From contig CAZWFC010000001.1 of assembly GCA_964632965.1 (NCBI GenBank), positions 804-64,803 on the forward strand: 64,000 bases of DNA, read 5' to 3'. Shown one piece after another: positions 41,973-50,826 of the stretch. The notes below the pieces were generated by a model. It had not been told where the DNA came from and ran no database searches. It saw only the letters and a program-made list of their open reading frames with translations. This DNA is from an uncultured Rhodocyclaceae bacterium (GTDB lineage: Bacteria > Pseudomonadota > Gammaproteobacteria > Burkholderiales > Rhodocyclaceae). Position numbers and translations under genes: made by a program. The stretch's first letter is position 1. Every line of letters starts with the position of its first letter.

Positions 41973-44348
41973 TCAGAAGTCCATGCCGAGAGAGACCTTC
42001 AGGCTGCGCCCTTCCTGATAAGTGTAGGCGTAGGCATTGGACGACTGGTAAGCCGAGTAGCGTTTGTCGAACAAGTTGCCGACGCCGGCATCGATCTTGT
42101 AGCGCTGACCAGTCGGTGCCCAACTCAGGAACAGGTCGTGGGTGGCGTAGCCGGGGCGGCGGCGCAGTACGGTGGCATCGTAGTCCTGGGAGGCTATGGC
42201 CGTGGTGTTCCAGAATACCGCCACACTTTCCCTGGGCAACTGTCGGCGAACCTGGAGCGAGAATTTGTCCGGCGGCGAGAACAGCCCATTGCCGCTGCTG
42301 CTGTCGGTGATGCGCACCCGGCTGTAGGCGGCATTGAATTGCCAGAGGTCGATGCCGTATCCGCCTTCGATTTCGCCACCGGTGCGCTTGGCATTGGGAA
42401 TGTTCTGATACTGGAGTTTGCAGTTGAGTCCCGTGGCGGCGCAGTTGGCGGCGTAGGTGGCTTGTTGCGCCGGAGTCGAGCCGGCGGGGGCCATGCCGCC
42501 GAGATTGGTGCTGTAGATGAGGTCGGTGGCGCGGGAGTCAAACACGGAAACGCGTAGCTTCAGCGTGTCTCGTTCGGCGAAGACGTTCTTGCGCCGGAAG
42601 TCGGCGCCGATTTCGGCGGTCTTGTCGATTTCGGGTTTCAGGCCGGCATTGGGAAGGAAGTTGGTTAGACCGAAGCCCGTATAGTTCTGATAGAGCTCGT
42701 TTACCGTTGGTGCCCGGAATGCCTCGCCGAAGCTGCCATACAACATCAGTCCCTTGTCATTCCATGCCAGTGCCAGCTTGGGGGATAAGCGGCCGGCACC
42801 GTTGGGCGCCAAGCTGTTGTCGCCGAGGGCGGCGTCGTAATGGTCGGAGCGCAGGCTGGGCGTCAGGCTCCAACTTTCACCCAAGGCGATTTCATCCTGG
42901 ACGAAGATTCCGGTCACCTTGCGGTTGCCGTCGCGGATCACCGTGCTCGGTGCCGACGGGTTGGCCGCCGACGCCGAGACCGCGAACTGGCGGTCCTTGA
43001 AGTAATCGATACCGCCGGTGAGACGATGCTGCACCGTATCCGCCGCACCGAGCATCAGGGTGCCTTGCACGCTGGCGCCATCGGTGATGGTCCGACTGTT
43101 GCTGTACAGGACATTGGTGATGGTGGGGTCAGGGCTTTTATCGGCGATGATTTTCAGATCGGCCCGATACACCGTGGCAACGACGGCCGGAGCGCCGCCG
43201 GCGTTTCCGAACAGCCCCTTCAGGACGCTATTGCTCTGGTCGATGTGGGTGAGTTGGATTGCCGGCTTGTCGATCGGGAGGTTGGCTGTCTTGTAGTCGG
43301 TCGCCTGCGGATTGTTCACCTGAAGGTTCTGGCTGCGATAAAACTGATGGGAAAGTTCTATGCGGCCGTCCTTGATCGGTTGTATGCCAAGCTTGACGAG
43401 TCCGGTAGCGGAATTGCCGTCATTGGGATCGAGGTAGGAACCGCCGCCTTGCCTGACCTTGTTCCAATCGTGCTTGCCCAGTGCCAGCAGTCCGTCCGCC
43501 CCATCGTTCGCTGCATAGATACGGGCATTGAGGTTGTCCGACCCATCGGCCGTTGCGTGACCCGCCTTGATCCCGCCGCCCAATGTCTGCCCCGGCGCCA
43601 GCAGATCCCGCGCCGACAGCGTAGTGAACGTCATGAGGCCGCCGATCCCGCCGGATCCATACAGGGACGAAGCCGACCCCCGCAGGACTTCGGCTTGCTT
43701 CAGGAAGTAGGGGTCCAAATAAAGCGGCGACTTCATTCCGGGCGAGGTGGTGTCGTTCTGGCGTGCGCCGTCCACCAGCAAGGTCAGGGATGCACCAAAT
43801 ACGCCGCGTACCGTGGGGACTTCTCCGTTGACTCGCGGGCCGCCGCCGAATTCGACGTTGGGCAGCTTCTTCATCACGTGAGAAACGGTGGACGCTTGTA
43901 CTTCGTCGAAATCGTCCTGAGTCACGACGCTCAGAGATGCCGCAATCTTGTCAAGTGGATTGGCGGTTCGGGTGGCGGATACAACCATTTCGGCGAGTTG
44001 TTGGTCCGCCGTGCCATCGTGTTTCTTCGGCGGCTGTGCCGGACGCAAGGCGAACGTACCGTCGCCGTTGGCCTTGAATTCCAGGCCGCTGCCCGCCAGC
44101 AATGTCCGCAACGCGGCTTCCGGCGTATAGCCACCTTTCAGGGCGGGGCTTCTTTTCCCATCCACCAGGTTTGTCGCAAACAGTATCTGGACGTTTGCCT
44201 GTCTGGCCAGCAGGTTGATGGCGCCACCCATATCCTGGGCGGGGATATCGAGGGCCAGATCGCCGGCATGGGCGACGGCGATGGAAAGGAATGCCATCGC
44301 GACGGCGGTGCAGAGCCTGCGACGCAGGACGGGCGGACGAACGGACAT
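41973..44348 (-). CDS. TonB-dependent receptor with N-terminal STN signalling domain (transducer type)
   Basis: ORF trimmed to ATG 44348. STN block LDIPAQDMGGAINLLARQANVQILF...LLAGSGLEF. Plug MVVSATRTANPLDKIAASLSVV. The C-terminus is ...VSLGMDF. Confidence 0.9.
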   Translation of the reverse strand: MSVRPPVLRRRLCTAVAMAFLSIAVAHAGDLALDIPAQDMGGAINLLARQANVQILFATNLVDGKRSPALKGGYTPEAALRTLLAGSGLEFKANGDGTFALRPAQPPKKHDGTADQQLAEMVVSATRTANPLDKIAASLSVVTQDDFDEVQASTVSHVMKKLPNVEFGGGPRVNGEVPTVRGVFGASLTLLVDGARQNDTTSPGMKSPLYLDPYFLKQAEVLRGSASSLYGSGGIGGLMTFTTLSARDLLAPGQTLGGGIKAGHATADGSDNLNARIYAANDGADGLLALGKHDWNKVRQGGGSYLDPNDGNSATGLVKLGIQPIKDGRIELSHQFYRSQNLQVNNPQATDYKTANLPIDKPAIQLTHIDQSNSVLKGLFGNAGGAPAVVATVYRADLKIIADKSPDPTITNVLYSNSRTITDGASVQGTLMLGAADTVQHRLTGGIDYFKDRQFAVSASAANPSAPSTVIRDGNRKVTGIFVQDEIALGESWSLTPSLRSDHYDAALGDNSLAPNGAGRLSPKLALAWNDKGLMLYGSFGEAFRAPTVNELYQNYTGFGLTNFLPNAGLKPEIDKTAEIGADFRRKNVFAERDTLKLRVSVFDSRATDLIYSTNLGGMAPAGSTPAQQATYAANCAATGLNCKLQYQNIPNAKRTGGEIEGGYGIDLWQFNAAYSRVRITDSSSGNGLFSPPDKFSLQVRRQLPRESVAVFWNTTAIASQDYDATVLRRRPGYATHDLFLSWAPTGQRYKIDAGVGNLFDKRYSAYQSSNAYAYTYQEGRSLKVSLGMDF

Positions 44349-44420
44349 CTTGACTTCTCCCTGAGTTGGCAACGATCAGGGTGTAGACGCCGAAGGGTGG
44401 GGTTCACCCAACCCCGGCAT

Positions 44421-45419
44421 TCAGCGAAGTGGCGGGAGCGGCGTTTCTTTCCCGCCAGGCCGGATGGCTACGAGGTCTACGCGCCCGTCGCGACCGACAG
44501 CCCGCAGCGGCAGTGTCTGTTCGAGCGCCCAGACGAGACCCCTGTTGTCATCGAGGCGGAAGACGCCGGAAACTTTCAGTCCTTCAAGTGCCGTGTCGGC
44601 AATCGCGAGCGGTTCCTTGCGGTAGCGATTGGCGCGAACAACCGCTACGCGCAATGGCGTGCGGTCGAATACCAGGCGACCTTCGCGCCAGGCGAAAGTG
44701 GCGTCGGCATCGAGGGGCATGGGTTGGCTGACCGTTTGAGGGCCGAGAACGACACCTTGCCCCGCAGTGACCCGATGCGGCGGGCTGTCGCCCTCGCGCA
44801 GGCCGGCTTCCACTTCGCCCTCGGCAACGGCGACGGTGGTGCGTCCGTCGTCTTCCAGACGCACACCGAAGCGCGTGCCGATGTCGACGATCCGCCCGGC
44901 ACCGGCCTCCACCACGAAACGTCGCTCGGGTCGATGAACTACTTCGAAATAGGCTTCGCCGCGCTCGACGACGATGTGCTGGCTATTGTCGGAAGGATGG
45001 ACAGTGACGACGGAGTCGACATCGAGATGCAGGCGAGAGCCGTCGTCGAGGACGATCTGCTTGCGTTCTCCGGATGCGGTGGTCAGGCGCAGCGTGCGCA
45101 TCGGGCTCTCCAGCGTGACAAGGCCGATGGCAACGACGAGGACGAAGGCGGCGGCCAACGCCGGTCGCCAGGGAACCGCGCGCCGGGCGGAAGCGTCGCG
45201 ACGTTCGCTCCGAACGACCGGGCTGTCGGCCAGGTCGCCGACGGCATCCCAGAGTGCGTGCAATGCCTCGAATTCGCGGCGATGGCGGGTATCGGCAGCG
45301 AGCCAGGCGTCCAGTTGCCGCCTGTCGTCCGCGGTGAGACGGCCTGACCGGCAGCGGGCCAGCCAGGAGGCGGCCTGTTCGCGGATTGTCGCGGCCGAAG
45401 CGTTGTCGGAACGGGTCAT
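44421..45419 (-). CDS. FecR-family anti-sigma / signal transducer
   Basis: ORF trimmed to ATG 45419 (MTRSDNASAATIREQAASWL). TM helix ALAAAFVLVVAIGLV. FecR domain VERGEAYFEVVH...IVDIGTRFGV. Confidence 0.85.
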   Translation of the reverse strand: MTRSDNASAATIREQAASWLARCRSGRLTADDRRQLDAWLAADTRHRREFEALHALWDAVGDLADSPVVRSERRDASARRAVPWRPALAAAFVLVVAIGLVTLESPMRTLRLTTASGERKQIVLDDGSRLHLDVDSVVTVHPSDNSQHIVVERGEAYFEVVHRPERRFVVEAGAGRIVDIGTRFGVRLEDDGRTTVAVAEGEVEAGLREGDSPPHRVTAGQGVVLGPQTVSQPMPLDADATFAWREGRLVFDRTPLRVAVVRANRYRKEPLAIADTALEGLKVSGVFRLDDNRGLVWALEQTLPLRAVGRDGRVDLVAIRPGGKETPLPPLR

Positions 45420-45478
45420 CGGCCGAAGCTTACGCGCGTGTCGAGGCGGTTGCCAACAGGAGAGATTCTGCGCCCCGA

Positions 45479-46042
45479 TCAACGCTGATCCGGCTCGTCG
45501 AGCCGTGTTCGCAGATGCAATAAGGCCTTGGCAATGTGGCGCTCGGTCATTTGTCGCGAAATGCCCATTCGTTCGGCTACCTCGACTTGCGACAAGCCTT
45601 CGAAGCGGTTGAGAACGAAAGCGCGTCGACATTGGGGCGACAATTCCGCGACGGCAGCTTCGGCCCGGTGCATGAGCTGCCGGAATGCGGCGGTTTCTTC
45701 CGGATCGGGCGCGGACGAAGGCATGTCGTCGAATACCCGTGATTCGGCAGTTTCGGGTCGCTTCCGCATGTTCCGGTAATGGTCGACGACAAGATTGCGG
45801 GCGATGCAGTAGGCGAACGCGAGCGGATTGCGTACCTCCGCTTCGTTCTGTCCAGACAGTCGCACGAAAATTTCCTGCGTCAGATCGGCAGCCGTTTCTT
45901 CACAGCGCAGACGCGCCGACAGAAATCCGCGCAGTTCGGCCGCATGATGGAAGTAGAGATCGAAAAGCGGTGACTTGCGCGACACGTCGTGGCCTGAAGT
46001 TGTTCCTTGTTTTTGCAGAGAGCGCATTCCCGACGCAGGCAA
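45479..46042 (-). CDS. ECF sigma-70 factor (FecI-like)
   Basis: AADLTQEIFVRL and FEGLSQVEVAERMGISRQMTERHIAKAL. The start may be 46042 or 46027. Confidence 0.8.
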   Translation of the reverse strand: MPASGMRSLQKQGTTSGHDVSRKSPLFDLYFHHAAELRGFLSARLRCEETAADLTQEIFVRLSGQNEAEVRNPLAFAYCIARNLVVDHYRNMRKRPETAESRVFDDMPSSAPDPEETAAFRQLMHRAEAAVAELSPQCRRAFVLNRFEGLSQVEVAERMGISRQMTERHIAKALLHLRTRLDEPDQR

Positions 46043-46134
46043 CCATCGGCGGAGGTAAGACGCAAACAGTTGCCGGAATGGGGTATCGCGCCGGGAATGG
46101 ACGGCATCCTATGCTTTCGCCGCCGTTCCCGGAA

Positions 46135-46151
46135 TATGGCAAATTGCCGCA
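46135..46151. promoter_or_regulatory. Weak candidate RegA-type operator (TATGGCA-AAT-TGCCGCA)
   Basis: One perfect and one degenerate half-site in the divergent region between the ECF sigma gene and 46226. Confidence 0.3.
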
Positions 46152-46225
46152 GGCTGCCGGTTTTAGAGTTATCCAGCGGTTGTTGGTTAGAATCCACCGG
46201 CCCGATTTCTCATGTCTGAACATTC

Positions 46226-46927
46226 ATGGATCATTCGCATCACCATGCCGTAGCCGAGTTCTCCTACTGGCTGGCCTTCATGACCGGGCTGCTCGGCAGC
46301 GGCCATTGCCTGGGTATGTGCGGCGGCCTGGTGTCCGGCTTCTTCATGAAGCTCAACGCGAAAGGCGTGTCGCCCTACCTCGCCTACCATGGCGCACGTG
46401 TATCGGTGTATGCGCTGATCGGCCTCGTCGCCGCGCTGGTGGGCACGGTGCTGGTGGCGACCGGCATGGTCGGCCTGGCGCAGGGGGTGTTGCAGATTGT
46501 CGCCGGCGTCATCGTCATCCTGCTCGGACTCGATCTGCTGGGCGTTTCGCCGTTGCGCAACAGCGTCGGTTTTGCTCCCCTGGCCTGGTTGCGCCGCCAG
46601 TTTGTCGCCGCAACGCAGAAGGGGCCGGTGGCCGGCGCGCTGATCGGCGGCGCCATCAACGGCCTCATGCCCTGCTCGATGACCATGGCGATGGCGGTGC
46701 AGGCGACCACCGCACCGTCGCCACCCGAGGGCATGCTGCTGATGCTGGCCTTCGGCGCCGGCACGCTGCCGGCGATGCTCTCGGCCTCTTTCCTCTTCGG
46801 CAAGTTCGGTCCGCGGCTGCGCGGCTGGCTGCTCCGGGGCGCGGCGCTGTTCGTCATCGCCTTGGGCGTGTCGACGCTGTGGCAGGGCGTGCGCTTCTAT
46901 CTCGTCATGTACAAGCTGGTGCTCTGA
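46226..46927 (+). CDS. Polytopic membrane protein, DsbD_2/CcdA-like or TauE/SafE-like, with a His-rich N-terminus
   Basis: MDHSHHHAV..., GSGHCLGMCGG in TM1, GLMPCSMTMAM in a later TM. 233 aa, about 6 TM helices. Paralog of 6091..6783. Confidence 0.75.
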   Translation: MDHSHHHAVAEFSYWLAFMTGLLGSGHCLGMCGGLVSGFFMKLNAKGVSPYLAYHGARVSVYALIGLVAALVGTVLVATGMVGLAQGVLQIVAGVIVILLGLDLLGVSPLRNSVGFAPLAWLRRQFVAATQKGPVAGALIGGAINGLMPCSMTMAMAVQATTAPSPPEGMLLMLAFGAGTLPAMLSASFLFGKFGPRLRGWLLRGAALFVIALGVSTLWQGVRFYLVMYKLVL

Positions 46928-46928
46928 C

Positions 46929-46945
46929 TGCGACAACATGCCGCA
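46929..46945. promoter_or_regulatory. Candidate RegA-type operator (TGCGACA-ACA-TGCCGCA)
   Basis: Begins 2 nt after the stop of 46226..46927 and lies 67 nt upstream of the ATG at 47012. Confidence 0.5.
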
Positions 46946-47011
46946 GTGGAGATATATTCAGCAAGACTAATATTGCGGGGAAACTTATTCCCTTTGTGAA
47001 GGAGCCATGAC

Positions 47012-47623
47012 ATGGATCGCCGCGATTTGCTCAAACTTTCCCTCGCCGCCGGCGCCGGCCTCGCCGTGCACACCGCCCAGGCGCAGCAGCCCGCGTGCGC
47101 GACCGATGGTACGCCCGCCCAGTTCACACCGAAGCGGCCGCCTGACGCGAGTCCGGCGGAGAACGACATCGGCAAGCAGCCCAAGTGTCCCTACTGCGGC
47201 ATGGACCGCAAGCAGTTCGGCCATACGCGCATGCTGGTGCATTACAGCGACGACCTGTCCGACGGCACCTGTTCCCTGCATTGCGCGGCGATCAGTCTCG
47301 CGGTGAATGTCGATCGCGAGCCGAAGGCGATCTATGTCGGCGACAACGCCGCGACTGCGGAGACGAAGCCGCTGGTCGAAGTGGGCAAGGCGACCTTTCT
47401 CATCGGCAGCGGCATCAAGGGCGTGATGACCAAGCGCAGCAAGATGGCCTACGGCACGGCCGACGTCGCCAGGGCGGCGCAGGCCGCGCATGGCGGCGAA
47501 CTCGCCGGTTTCGATCAGGCGTTGCTGGCGGCCTATGCCGACATGGCCGCCGACGTCGCCATGATCCGCAAGAACCGCGAGGAGCGCCGCAAACGCATGA
47601 TGGATCAGCAGCACAAGGGATGA
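47012..47623 (+). CDS. Tat-exported Cys4 (TRASH-like) / NosL-like metal-binding protein, paralog 3
   Basis: MDRRDLLKLSLAAGAGLAV. Motif CPYC-x24-CSLHC. NosL-like block IYVGDNA...ATFLIGSGIKGVMT. Tail RKNREERRKR. Very similar to paralog 2. Confidence 0.75.
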   Translation: MDRRDLLKLSLAAGAGLAVHTAQAQQPACATDGTPAQFTPKRPPDASPAENDIGKQPKCPYCGMDRKQFGHTRMLVHYSDDLSDGTCSLHCAAISLAVNVDREPKAIYVGDNAATAETKPLVEVGKATFLIGSGIKGVMTKRSKMAYGTADVARAAQAAHGGELAGFDQALLAAYADMAADVAMIRKNREERRKRMMDQQHKG

Positions 47624-48096
47624 AGCGCTTTCTCTGCGCCCTGTCGCTCCTCTTCTGGGCCGTCCTGACGGCGGCCCAGGTGCCGCCGAAGCCGGGAACA
47701 AAGGATTTGTGCCCGGTCTGCGGCATGCTGGTCGCGAAATATCCGAACTGGGCGGCCACCGTCGTCTGGCGCGACGGCCATGCCCACCACTTCGACGGCG
47801 CCAAGGACATGTTCAAGTTCCTTCACGACCTGGCGAAATTCGCTCCCGGCCACAAGTCGCAGGATATCGCCGGTCTGTACGTCACCGACTTCTACGGCCT
47901 GGGAAAAATCGATGCGAAGAAGGCCTTCTATGTCATCGGTTCCGACGTGCTCGGGCCGATGGGACACGAACTGGTGCCGCTGGCCAATGCGGAAGATGCC
48001 GCGGATTTCATGAAGGACCACAAGGGAAAGCGCCTGCTCGGTTTCGACCAGGTGAGCCGCGACGTGCCGCAGGGCCTGGATTCCGGGAAATTCTGA
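47620..48096 (+). CDS. NosL-family exported copper-binding protein
   Basis: ATGA overlap with the upstream gene. Signal peptide MKRFLCALSLLFWAVLTAAQ. DLCPVCGMLVAKYPNW..., AFYVIGSDVLGPMGHELVPLANAEDAADFM, typical of the NosL family. No nosZ/nosDFY nearby. Confidence 0.75.
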   Translation: MKRFLCALSLLFWAVLTAAQVPPKPGTKDLCPVCGMLVAKYPNWAATVVWRDGHAHHFDGAKDMFKFLHDLAKFAPGHKSQDIAGLYVTDFYGLGKIDAKKAFYVIGSDVLGPMGHELVPLANAEDAADFMKDHKGKRLLGFDQVSRDVPQGLDSGKF

Positions 48097-48102
48097 CTGG
48101 TA

Positions 48103-49002
48103 TCAGGCGTCGCGCAGGTATTGCCGCAGCGACAGCGAGGCGCCGAGCCAGCCGAGACCGGCGGCGAGCGTCAGCAGCAGCAGGGAGTCGATGCCGCCGA
48201 GCGGTTTGAGCGCGAAGTCAAGGCTGTAGAGCTGGGCCAGTTCGTCAATGGGGCCGCGCAGCCAGAGCACGACCGCCCAGACGATGGCCGCGGCGACCGC
48301 ACCGCCGAGCAGCCCCAGCAAAGTGCCGAAGTAGTGGAAGGGGCGGCGGATGTAGGCGTCGGTGGCGCCGAGCAGGCGGCTCACCTCGATTTCGGCGCGC
48401 TGCGTCAGCACCTGCAGGCGGATGGTGTTGAAGGTGATGGACACCAGCCCGATGCCGAGCAGGACCGCCAGCAGGACGACGCCGGTGCGGCCGATTTTGA
48501 GGATGGCGTCGAGTCGCCGCACCCAGGCCGAGTCGAGCTGCACATGCTCGACGCGCGGCAGTTTCCTCAGTTCCTGCGCCAGGGTTTCCATGGCTTGCGG
48601 CCGCTCGTCCTTCGGGTCGATGACGAAGGCGTCGGGAAAGGGGTTCTTCGGCAGCACCTCGATCACCTCGCCCAGGCCTTCCGCCGTTTTCATGCGCGCC
48701 AGTGTGTCCTCGCGCGGCACGAAGCGGATGTTCCTGATGCCGGCATTGTTCCTGAGCCGGGTCTCGATTTCGCCGGCGGCGGTGCGCGAGGCGTCGAGCG
48801 CCATGAACAGCGAAATTTGCGGCGTGGGCGCCGCGCTCGACGCCAGTTGCAGCGCATTGGCGACCAGCATCTGGCCGCCGGCGGGCAGCGCCAGGGCGAT
48901 GCCGATGGCGAGCAGCGAGAGCAGGGTATTGAGCGGCGTCGCCGCCAGCCGGCGCAGGGCCAGCAGGAAGGCGTCGCGGTGCTGGATCAGCCAGGCCGTC
49001 AT
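48103..49002 (-). CDS. ftsX: Cell-division ABC transporter permease FtsX
   Basis: 299 aa, four-TM FtsX topology, RAEIEVSRLLGATDAYIRRPF. ATGA-type overlap with ftsE. Confidence 0.85.
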   Translation of the reverse strand: MTAWLIQHRDAFLLALRRLAATPLNTLLSLLAIGIALALPAGGQMLVANALQLASSAAPTPQISLFMALDASRTAAGEIETRLRNNAGIRNIRFVPREDTLARMKTAEGLGEVIEVLPKNPFPDAFVIDPKDERPQAMETLAQELRKLPRVEHVQLDSAWVRRLDAILKIGRTGVVLLAVLLGIGLVSITFNTIRLQVLTQRAEIEVSRLLGATDAYIRRPFHYFGTLLGLLGGAVAAAIVWAVVLWLRGPIDELAQLYSLDFALKPLGGIDSLLLLTLAAGLGWLGASLSLRQYLRDA

Positions 49003-49646
49003 GATGTCATCCGGCCGTGGTCGAGCACGATGCGGCGCGATCCGGCGAACAGCGGGTTGTCGTAGGTGGCGATGACGACGCCGACGCCGACCTGGTGGAA
49101 GTCGCGGAATATCTGCGCGACGTCGCGCGCCGTCTCCGGGTCGAGGTGCGCGGTGGGTTCGTCGGCAAGCAGCAGGTTGGGCCGGTTCACCACGGCGCGG
49201 GCGATGGCCAGGCGCTGCTGTTCGCCGCCCGAGAGCGCTATCGGCAGTGCCTTCTCGCGCGCCAGCAGGCCGACCTTGTCGAGCGCGGCGCGCACGCGCT
49301 TGGCCGCCTCGCGCGGTGGAAAGCCGGCGATGGCCAGCGGCAGCATGGCGTTCTCGAAGACGTTGCGGTCGAACAGCAGTTTCTGGTCCTGGAAGATCAG
49401 ACCGAGATTGCGGCGCAGGTAGGGAATCGCCGCGCGCTTGAGGGCGCCAACGTTCTGGCCATTGACCAGCACCACGCCGCCGCTGGGCCGCTCGATGGCG
49501 GCGATGAGCTTCAGCAGCGTGGACTTGCCGGCGCCGGAGTGGCCGCTGATGATCGCCATTTCGCCGTCGGCGATCTCGAAATTGATCGCCGCCAGGGCGT
49601 CGATGCCCGGCGGGTAGCGCTTGGAGACGTGGCGGAATTCGATCAT
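48999..49646 (-). CDS. ftsE: Cell-division ATP-binding protein FtsE
   Basis: ORF trimmed to ATG 49646 (MIEFRHVSKRYP). GHSGAGKST, LSGGEQQRLAIARAV, LLLADEPT. Confidence 0.9.
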   Translation of the reverse strand: MIEFRHVSKRYPPGIDALAAINFEIADGEMAIISGHSGAGKSTLLKLIAAIERPSGGVVLVNGQNVGALKRAAIPYLRRNLGLIFQDQKLLFDRNVFENAMLPLAIAGFPPREAAKRVRAALDKVGLLAREKALPIALSGGEQQRLAIARAVVNRPNLLLADEPTAHLDPETARDVAQIFRDFHQVGVGVVIATYDNPLFAGSRRIVLDHGRMTS

Positions 49647-49969
49647 AAGGTGACTATTGCAAGCGGCTCGGCCGTCAGCCGGCGGCGTTGCCGTGAAGCG
49701 GCGATCGAGCGGAAATCTTAGCGCGTCAGGATAAACCACTCGACGCCGCGTTGCGCATTCCGGCGATTATTTCATTGGCTGGAGGGCTGCCGAACGATGC
49801 CGAGCCGGATGCGCCCGTCAAGTCGCGCCGACAATCAAGACCCGACGGAGTCTTCCCGCCATCCCGATACCTGATGTAAGTCAAAAGTTATATCATCCGA
49901 ACGGTTAGGCTATGCGACGAAACTTTGTTAAAGACCCCGTTTGACGTGCCGAGACGCCGCACCTTATCC

Positions 49970-50821
49970 ATGAAGACATTTCGCCGCCTGTTCGGCATCC
50001 TCGCTTTCATTCCTTGCGCGGCCTCGGCCGCATGTCCCGACGGCAATGCCGTTGCGGCCTATCTCGCCGAGTTCAAGTCCGCGACGCTCAGCAAGGGATT
50101 CGGCAAGGAGATGAGTCTCGAAGACGCACTATGCGCCCGCGCCAAGCTCATCGATGCGCTCCCGGCCGTGCTGGGCAGCCGGCGAGGCTACAAGGCCGTA
50201 TTCACCAATGCGGACGCGCAGCGCCGTTTCGGCGTCAGCGGCCCCGCTTGGGGCGCCATGTTCGGCAACATGATGCTTGCGAACGATGCGCATGTGCCGG
50301 CCAAATTCGGCGCGCGGCCGCTTTATGAATCCGACTTTATCGTCGTGGTCAAGGATGCCGGGCTTGCCGATGCAACGACGCCTTTGGACGCGCTTGACCA
50401 TATCAGCGAACTTGTCCCCTTCGTCGAATTGCCCGACCTGATGCTGGAAGGCGCGCTGTCCGGTCCGGAACTGATTGCCACCAACGCGGCATTCCGCGGT
50501 GGAGTTCTCGGTCCGGGAATCGAGGTCGTGCCAAGCCAGGCACTGCTGGACGCGCTGTCCGAGATGGAAGTGGTCATCAGCGAAGAGCGCAGTGGCAAGG
50601 AAATCGGGCGGGCCAAGGGCAATGTGCTGATGTCCCAGCCGATCAACGCCGCCATCTGGCTGGCCAAAGCCCTGAAGCAAGACGGCATCGTCCTCAAGCC
50701 CGGCGACTTGCTGAGTCTGGGCGGGTTTCGCGCTTCCGCCCCGGTCCAGCCACACAGCACCATCACCGTTCGTTACCTCGGCCTGCCTGGCAATCCCACC
50801 GTGACCGTACATTTCGACTGA
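49970..50821 (+). CDS. Exported 2-keto-4-pentenoate-hydratase-like (MhpD/FAH-superfamily) protein
   Basis: ATG 49970 (signal peptide MKTFRRLFGILAFIPCAASA). General resemblance to hydratase/decarboxylase family members (GYKAVFTN..., PINAAIWLAKALKQDGIVLKPGDLLSLG). The assignment is tentative. Confidence 0.5.
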   Translation: MKTFRRLFGILAFIPCAASAACPDGNAVAAYLAEFKSATLSKGFGKEMSLEDALCARAKLIDALPAVLGSRRGYKAVFTNADAQRRFGVSGPAWGAMFGNMMLANDAHVPAKFGARPLYESDFIVVVKDAGLADATTPLDALDHISELVPFVELPDLMLEGALSGPELIATNAAFRGGVLGPGIEVVPSQALLDALSEMEVVISEERSGKEIGRAKGNVLMSQPINAAIWLAKALKQDGIVLKPGDLLSLGGFRASAPVQPHSTITVRYLGLPGNPTVTVHFD

Positions 50822-50826
50822 ATCGA

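Noticed and set aside
42840-45347. 835-aa plus-strand ORF antisense to the TBDR and FecR genes
   Set aside because: Shadow ORF. No motifs, and it crosses a gene boundary on the other strand.
30336-48096. Interpretation of the four NosL-superfamily genes and the ABC pair as a nos (N2O reductase) cluster
   Set aside because: No nosZ, nosR, nosD, or nosF/nosY-type genes are present. The ABC permease at 23387 is FtsX/MacB-type, not NosY-type. The NapH-like gene sits in a different operon.
1-48100. Fur boxes or cobalamin/other riboswitches upstream of the TonB-dependent receptors
   Set aside because: I found no AT-rich 19-mer resembling GATAATGATAATCATTATC. I also found no B12-box-like or long structured leader in the intergenic regions I inspected by eye. 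A proper covariance-model or PWM scan is still needed.
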